From a virus: a stretch of 60,797 nucleotides of DNA. Positions 45,105 through 49,865 of this stretch are shown in pieces. Numbering within the stretch: position 1 is the stretch's first letter; every line of letters begins with the position of its first letter. Location: the IMG/VR virus record IMGVR_UViG_3300028549_000940, positions 1-60,797 of that record; one strand, written 5' to 3'. The translations under genes and the position numbers were made by a program. The notes beneath the pieces were generated by a model. The model saw only the letters and a list, made by a program, of their open reading frames with translations, made no database searches and had not been told where the DNA came from.

Positions 45105-46262
45105 TTACTCCTCCTTGTTAAGCATTTGGTTTATTACTTTAAAAATCTCGTAAGCAACTTGTGGAACTATGGCGTTTCCGTAGGCTTTAAGTGATTCTGA
45201 TCTGTGCTTTGGAAAGGTAATTCCAACCAGTTCACTGGGAACCCCATCATCTCCGCAACGAACCGGGGATTGAGTTGGGAACTCTTGCCAGTTTGGCTGA
45301 AAAAATCGGGTAAACTGTTCGTTTCGTTTCTCCCCGCTTTTTCTAACGCTTCCTGACTTCGCCCCCCTTTGTAGTCTCTCGTTGCCGGAGTCGGTAGCAT
45401 TTTGTTTCTTGCATAGTTCGTTAATCCCCATTGTTTGCTCTTGTCGCTTCTCCTGTCCGAGCAATCCGGAGTAGGTAATAGGTTGCTGTAAGCAAGGTCT
45501 ATCAGTTTCGATGAATAGGCCACTCCCGACTTTCTTATCTTTCTCTTTCCATCTACCAACTGTGGTACTGCTTTTGCTTCCGAAGATGTTGGCGTCGGAA
45601 GAAAACCCCTCTGGTAGATAAACCCAGTTGCCACCTCCTGCGCCAGCGTTCCGCTGTTCCCGAACGTCTGGCTTTTCTTGCTCAGGTTCTCGCTGTAGGC
45701 ATCCATCGCGCAGGGTGTTTTTAGCAACAAACCAGACTCTATCTCGCTTATGGGGAGCGCCGACACCTGCAGCTGGAAGAATATACGGTTGTACTTCGTA
45801 GCCCTCAGCTTCCAGGTCAGCGCACACCTCTTCGAATACCAGCCCCCCGTTCCAATTAGTAAGGCCGAAAACATTTTCCCCCACGACGTAACCCGGCTGA
45901 ATTTCCCGTATTGCTCTAAGCATTTGCGGCCAGAGGTGTCGAGCATCTTCCTTTCCGAGTCTTTTTCCAGCCTGTGAGTAGGGTTGGCAAGGGAATCCCC
46001 CGGAGAGCACATCAACTCTGTTTCTCCAAATAGTGAAGTCTGTCTTGGTAATATCTCCATAGCATATAGCGTTAGGCCAGTAATACTGTAAAACTTTTTG
46101 TCCAAATTCATTCCACTCGCAGTGAAAAATATTCTCCCATCCAATCCATTGGGCTGCTAGGTCGAACCCTCCTATGCCGGAGAATAGCGAAGCGTGCTTT
46201 ACCATACTAGCGGCCCAAATATTAGCGCAATGGCTATAATAGTTGCTATCACGCATGTCCAT
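45105..46262 (-). CDS. DNA (cytosine-5)-methyltransferase (385 aa) with a low-complexity middle third
   Basis: Motif I LFSGIGGF, IV GGFPCQPYSQAGK, VI VGENV, VIII GAPHKRDRVWFVA and X AYGNAIVPQVA are all in this frame. Residues about 181-325 are K/R/E/Q/G-rich. Confidence 0.85.
   Translation of the reverse strand: MDMRDSNYYSHCANIWAASMVKHASLFSGIGGFDLAAQWIGWENIFHCEWNEFGQKVLQYYWPNAICYGDITKTDFTIWRNRVDVLSGGFPCQPYSQAGKRLGKEDARHLWPQMLRAIREIQPGYVVGENVFGLTNWNGGLVFEEVCADLEAEGYEVQPYILPAAGVGAPHKRDRVWFVAKNTLRDGCLQREPEQEKPDVREQRNAGAGGGNWVYLPEGFSSDANIFGSKSSTTVGRWKEKDKKVGSGLFIETDRPCLQQPITYSGLLGQEKRQEQTMGINELCKKQNATDSGNERLQRGAKSGSVRKSGEKRNEQFTRFFQPNWQEFPTQSPVRCGDDGVPSELVGITFPKHRSESLKAYGNAIVPQVAYEIFKVINQMLNKEE
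45167..46144 (-). CDS. Nested +1-frame ORF inside the C5-methyltransferase gene (325 codons; TTG at 46144, first ATG at 46111)
   Basis: No stop for 978 nt in the +1 frame. Three LPTP repeats (FLPTPTSSE, LLPTPDCSD, MLPTPATRDYKGG) and LNPRFVAEMMGFPVNW, which resembles MTase motif IX. Expression is unproven. Confidence 0.5.
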   Translation of the reverse strand: MDGRIFFTASGMNLDKKFYSITGLTLYAMEILPRQTSLFGETELMCSPGDSLANPTHRLEKDSERKMLDTSGRKCLEQYGKFSRVTSWGKMFSALLIGTGGWYSKRCALTWKLRATKYNRIFFQLQVSALPISEIESGLLLKTPCAMDAYSENLSKKSQTFGNSGTLAQEVATGFIYQRGFLPTPTSSEAKAVPQLVDGKRKIRKSGVAYSSKLIDLAYSNLLPTPDCSDRRSDKSKQWGLTNYARNKMLPTPATRDYKGGRSQEALEKAGRNETNSLPDFFSQTGKSSQLNPRFVAEMMGFPVNWLELPFQSTDQNHLKPTETP

Positions 46263-46326
46263 ATAAATGCTCTTCCTTCTGGAGGATCTACCATTTCTGA
46301 AATGAACGATCCTTGGTTGGCTTCTG

Positions 46327-46677
46327 TCATAACCTTGAAAAGTTAGTTACGTCCATCTTTTTATTTGCCTTCAAAAGAACCAGCTCATCTCTGCGATTTA
46401 GCAGCTCGGTAGCGGATTGAGTCTTGAACTTTCCAATAACTGACTCCAGCTCCTTCAATTTTTCCTCTGGCATTACCAGCTCTCCGTCGGTGATTAGCTC
46501 TGAGATGATGTCGTGTGCCCCCATGAGCACAATAACGTCTGCCGTGGACAGCTGAATAAATATTGGCTTTGGCGTTCCGCTGGCAAGTAAGTAGGTTGCT
46601 ACCACCAAAAGCCCTACAAAGGCTAAAACTCCTAAGATTGTAAGCTGAGTAATACTCAGCAAAATGATTGCAGTCAT
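46327..46677 (-). CDS. Membrane protein (116 aa)
   Basis: N-terminal hydrophobic segments ILLSITQLTILGVLAFVGLLVVATYLL. Confidence 0.5.
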   Translation of the reverse strand: MTAIILLSITQLTILGVLAFVGLLVVATYLLASGTPKPIFIQLSTADVIVLMGAHDIISELITDGELVMPEEKLKELESVIGKFKTQSATELLNRRDELVLLKANKKMDVTNFSRL

Positions 46678-46693
46678 AATTCTAAGATTTAGG

Positions 46694-47017
46694 TTAGATT
46701 TCGTTTTTAATTTTGTTGAAAAGCTTGATAAAATCCTTATCCGTTTCGAGTAGGTTATCCACCTTTTTCATCGCATAAAGCATTGTCGCGTGATCCAACC
46801 CTCCTAACAGGTTCCCTATTTTTGCGTAGGATAACCGAGAGTGTTTTCTGATCAGCACACACGCAACCTGTCTGGCCTCTACCACCTCCCGCTTTCTGGT
46901 TTTTACAACCATATCTTTGGGGGTTATCTTGAAGTTGCTGCACACGGCTTTGATTATGCTATCCTGCGTGGGTGCTTCTCGAAATATTCCAGGTATCGTC
47001 CAGTAGGATGGTGTCAT
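46694..47017 (-). CDS. DnaA C-terminal-domain-like HTH protein (107 aa)
   Basis: REVVEARQVACVLIRKHSRLSYAKIGNLLGGLDHATMLYAMKKV matches DnaA domain IV. Confidence 0.7.
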   Translation of the reverse strand: MTPSYWTIPGIFREAPTQDSIIKAVCSNFKITPKDMVVKTRKREVVEARQVACVLIRKHSRLSYAKIGNLLGGLDHATMLYAMKKVDNLLETDKDFIKLFNKIKNEI

Positions 47018-47580
47018 AGCTTCATTTTTATGATATTGTAATTCTTTGGAGCCGACATAAGTATTTCCTTGAAAACGCTGTCAGGGTTTAACTTTTCTTC
47101 GAAACACCTAGCAACTTCTTCTATTGAGATTAAGTTACCCAGCTCATACCCATCGCACATCTTAGCCATTTTCCATAGGCAAGCCTTTGATGTTGGAGTT
47201 TCTGCCGATCCTGTTTTGAAGTTACTAAGAATAGCATCCTGCTTCGCGCGATCAGCGGTGAAGTTGTTTCGCTTCTCTTCATCTAAGGCTATAGCCAAGG
47301 CAGAAATTTCAGAAACGATCATTTTCGGGGAAACCTTAAACGTAGTGTTTGACTTTTCTGAAATAGGCTTCAAAATTAGCCTATCGAACGCCTTGCCTAT
47401 GATTGATACGTCACAGGCTCTGATCTTCAAATCTGAGGCACACAGCTGGGCAACACGTTCGCTTATGTAGGTTGCATCTTCTGAGTTAAAGTTCTGCCCT
47501 AGGTCTCGGTATAGCACAGGTAGCTTTAGTTGAACTAAATCCATTAAGTCTACTAAGCTTGTTTTCTCGATTGCTCCCAT
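47014..47580 (-). CDS. Hypothetical replication-module protein (188 aa)
   Basis: ATGA coupling to the downstream gene. No confident family. Confidence 0.5.
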   Translation of the reverse strand: MGAIEKTSLVDLMDLVQLKLPVLYRDLGQNFNSEDATYISERVAQLCASDLKIRACDVSIIGKAFDRLILKPISEKSNTTFKVSPKMIVSEISALAIALDEEKRNNFTADRAKQDAILSNFKTGSAETPTSKACLWKMAKMCDGYELGNLISIEEVARCFEEKLNPDSVFKEILMSAPKNYNIIKMKL

Positions 47581-48386
47581 TGTAAGTCAGTTTCTTTTTG
47601 TGACATTGCCTTTACTTTATTCGGGTTTGTAGTAGGTTTTTGTGTAGGTAACTCAAATAGGCTATGCGCCTCTTTTTCTATCACGTTATCTACTACTTTC
47701 ATGGCTATAGATGGGTCTCTTCCTGACAGCTGTTCTAGTTTTTTATAGACCTGCTCTATCGCCTGTTGTGTTTTGTAGGGTTCTTTTAGTTCAAACTTGT
47801 AGTTAAGCCATTTTCTAAAAGCATCCTTAGCCCATTCTTCCAAAAATTGAAAATCAAATTTTGAGTAGTAGGGGGAGCGCGGTGTATTCTCTTCTTTACT
47901 TTGCTCTTCTTTACTTTCCTTTACTTTACTTTCATTTTCTTTACTTTCATTTTCTTTACTTTCATTTAATTTAATAGTTGAACGTCCGTTGAACGTCCGT
48001 TGAACATCTGTTGAGCGTCCGTTGATATTATTTCTTTTTTCAGCAGATGCCTTTCCTGCGTTACTGGCCTTTTCTCTTTTGTTGTCTAATTTTTCCATTC
48101 GCTCACATAACGATTCAGAGTAGAAACACTCACTGTCTTCGGTGAAGGTAAATAACCTGAAATCCTCTATGATTGATTTAACTTTAGCTGAGTCTACACG
48201 TAAGTCATATGCGATCAAATTATAATCCCTAACGCACATGTATTCGCTGCTTTCTCTCAATTTTTCAACAATTGCCCAGTATAGTCCGTATCCCTCCCAT
48301 CCGTGTTTCATTCTTAACGATAGCGTCTTCTCGTCATTTCTAGCGTTACTATCGTGTGTGAAGTAGTATGCATCTTTTTTCTTCAT
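47553..48386 (-). CDS. DUF4373-like replication initiation/organiser protein (277 aa from ATG 48386; the ORF is open to 48407)
   Basis: N-terminal MKKKDAYYFTHDSNARNDEKTLSLRMKHGWEGYGLYWAIVEKL. The gene body contains tandem repeats and iterons. Confidence 0.65.
   Translation of the reverse strand: MKKKDAYYFTHDSNARNDEKTLSLRMKHGWEGYGLYWAIVEKLRESSEYMCVRDYNLIAYDLRVDSAKVKSIIEDFRLFTFTEDSECFYSESLCERMEKLDNKREKASNAGKASAEKRNNINGRSTDVQRTFNGRSTIKLNESKENESKENESKVKESKEEQSKEENTPRSPYYSKFDFQFLEEWAKDAFRKWLNYKFELKEPYKTQQAIEQVYKKLEQLSGRDPSIAMKVVDNVIEKEAHSLFELPTQKPTTNPNKVKAMSQKETDLQWEQSRKQA
47924..47968. repeat. Three tandem 15-bp repeats CTTTACTTTCATTTT (encoding ESKEN repeats), within a wider CTTTACTTT-rich tract from about 47891
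   Basis: Read directly: copies at 47924-47938, 47939-47953 and 47954-47968. The last copy has one mismatch. Confidence 0.85.
47977..48026. repeat. Four and a half tandem 11-bp repeats GTTGAACGTCC (iteron-like; candidate replication origin)
   Basis: GTTGAACGTCC GTTGAACGTCC GTTGAACATCT GTTGAGCGTCC GTTGAT read directly. The period is about one helical turn, and the array lies inside the replication gene. Confidence 0.6.
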
Positions 48387-48387
48387 A

Positions 48388-48720
48388 TCAAGGAAGTTTT
48401 GATGCATTACACTTCCGACATAGCGTTGTTAAATTGCTTAGTTTGTTTAATCCTTCAAAATCCAAGCGATCTACAACATACTGGTAAACAGATACAACAT
48501 GATCTACTTGTAAGTATTCTGTAGATGAGCATTTAGTGCATTTATGCCCATCTCTACTAAAAATATAATTTCTAACATCATTCCTTCTGATGAATGATGA
48601 TGATGAATTTCTAGCAGCTTGATACCTTACCGAAAAATCACAATTATTCATGTTGTCCATAGACCTATTCATTGGTTTCCATTTAGGAAATCCTAAACCG
48701 GATTTTATTTGACGTGCCAT
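48388..48720 (-). CDS. HNH endonuclease (110 aa)
   Basis: DGHKCTKCSS..LQVDHVVSV..NLTTLCRKCNASK is an HNH motif with zinc-binding cysteines. Confidence 0.8.
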   Translation of the reverse strand: MARQIKSGLGFPKWKPMNRSMDNMNNCDFSVRYQAARNSSSSFIRRNDVRNYIFSRDGHKCTKCSSTEYLQVDHVVSVYQYVVDRLDFEGLNKLSNLTTLCRKCNASKLP

Positions 48721-48723
48721 AAC

Positions 48724-49128
48724 CTATAACGGTAAATCGTTAGCCATTTCAGGTTCCGCGTCGAAATATGGCTCATTTGGCTTTTCTTCCTTAGCCTCTT
48801 TTTTCGATCCACAGAAAGCAAATGTGTTCAGCTTCGTTTCGGTAACATACCGTTTTATGCCCTCTTTATCTTCGTATGAGCGAGTTTTTACCTCGCCGAA
48901 GATATTTAGCTCAGCGCCCTTTTTTACGTATTTCTCGATGGTCTCTGCGGTAGATCCCCACACTACAATATTGTGCCAATCGGTTGATTCTACTTTTACA
49001 CCATCTTTTGAAGTGTATGATGCGTTGGTGGCGAACGGGAATGATACTACGGTGCTGTTTTCGGTGTGCCTTACTTCGGGGTCTTTTCCGACAAACCCGT
49101 GCAAAATGTGCAGGTTGTTTGAGTTCAT
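48724..49128 (-). CDS. ssb: Single-stranded DNA-binding protein (134 aa)
   Basis: OB-fold pattern GFVGKDPEVRHT..WHNIVVWG..GAELNIFGEVKTRSYEDKEG and an acidic tail ending in NDLPL. Confidence 0.85.
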   Translation of the reverse strand: MNSNNLHILHGFVGKDPEVRHTENSTVVSFPFATNASYTSKDGVKVESTDWHNIVVWGSTAETIEKYVKKGAELNIFGEVKTRSYEDKEGIKRYVTETKLNTFAFCGSKKEAKEEKPNEPYFDAEPEMANDLPL

Positions 49129-49146
49129 AATTATTTAGGTTAAAGG

Positions 49147-49593
49147 TTAGTTGTTTACTCTCGATAACGATGCAAGCGTTTGAATGTCGCTGGCTTCTTT
49201 CCACGCCTTATTTATTTTGAATAGGCCCTCGTTTTGCTTGGCAATGTGCTTAATGGCCTTGATGCACTCATCGGGGGAAAGCGTTTCTACATCAACGCCG
49301 CGATAGAGCACGTTCATTTTTGAGAAATCAAGCTCGTTGGATGGGTTGCACTTGATGTTGTATGAGTTTTCTAACTCAAGAAGTCCGTCAGCATCAAACG
49401 CATCACTCGAAGTAAGCGGATACTCTTTAACGAATTTTTCACTTACAGCTTCTTGTGAAACAATGGTTTCTGATTGCAGTTGCTCCCACCTTAGCAGGAA
49501 CAGCTTCACAAAAACCCATGCAAAAAATGCCACTAATACAGCTATTGAAATGCCAACTATTAGCATAACGATAATAAATTCTTGAACTGTCAT
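49147..49593 (-). CDS. Membrane-anchored hypothetical protein (148 aa)
   Basis: N-terminal TM FIIVMLIVGISIAVLVAFFAWVFV. Confidence 0.5.
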   Translation of the reverse strand: MTVQEFIIVMLIVGISIAVLVAFFAWVFVKLFLLRWEQLQSETIVSQEAVSEKFVKEYPLTSSDAFDADGLLELENSYNIKCNPSNELDFSKMNVLYRGVDVETLSPDECIKAIKHIAKQNEGLFKINKAWKEASDIQTLASLSRVNN

Positions 49594-49604
49594 GATCGTA
49601 GGTT

Positions 49605-49865
49605 TTAGTTAAAATACTTGGTTAGGTAAGCCTCAATATCAACCTTCTCGTGCCGGTTGGAGTTAACTACATTTACCTTCCACAGGAGCGGGTAAACATT
49701 TAGCTTTCGGTAGTTCGCTTTTGAAAGCCGGAAGTGGTAGGCGGTGATGGCCTCGATGTCCACCGATAGCTTTGCAGTAAGCGCGAGTAGCAGCTGCGTG
49801 TTGGCCTCTAGCTTTGTCTTATTCCTAAGCGCTCTGGCCTCGTTGTTTTGAGTAATGGTTGTCAT
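49605..49865 (-). CDS. Hypothetical protein (86 aa)
   Basis: ATGA coupling with the helicase gene end. Confidence 0.45.
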   Translation of the reverse strand: MTTITQNNEARALRNKTKLEANTQLLLALTAKLSVDIEAITAYHFRLSKANYRKLNVYPLLWKVNVVNSNRHEKVDIEAYLTKYFN

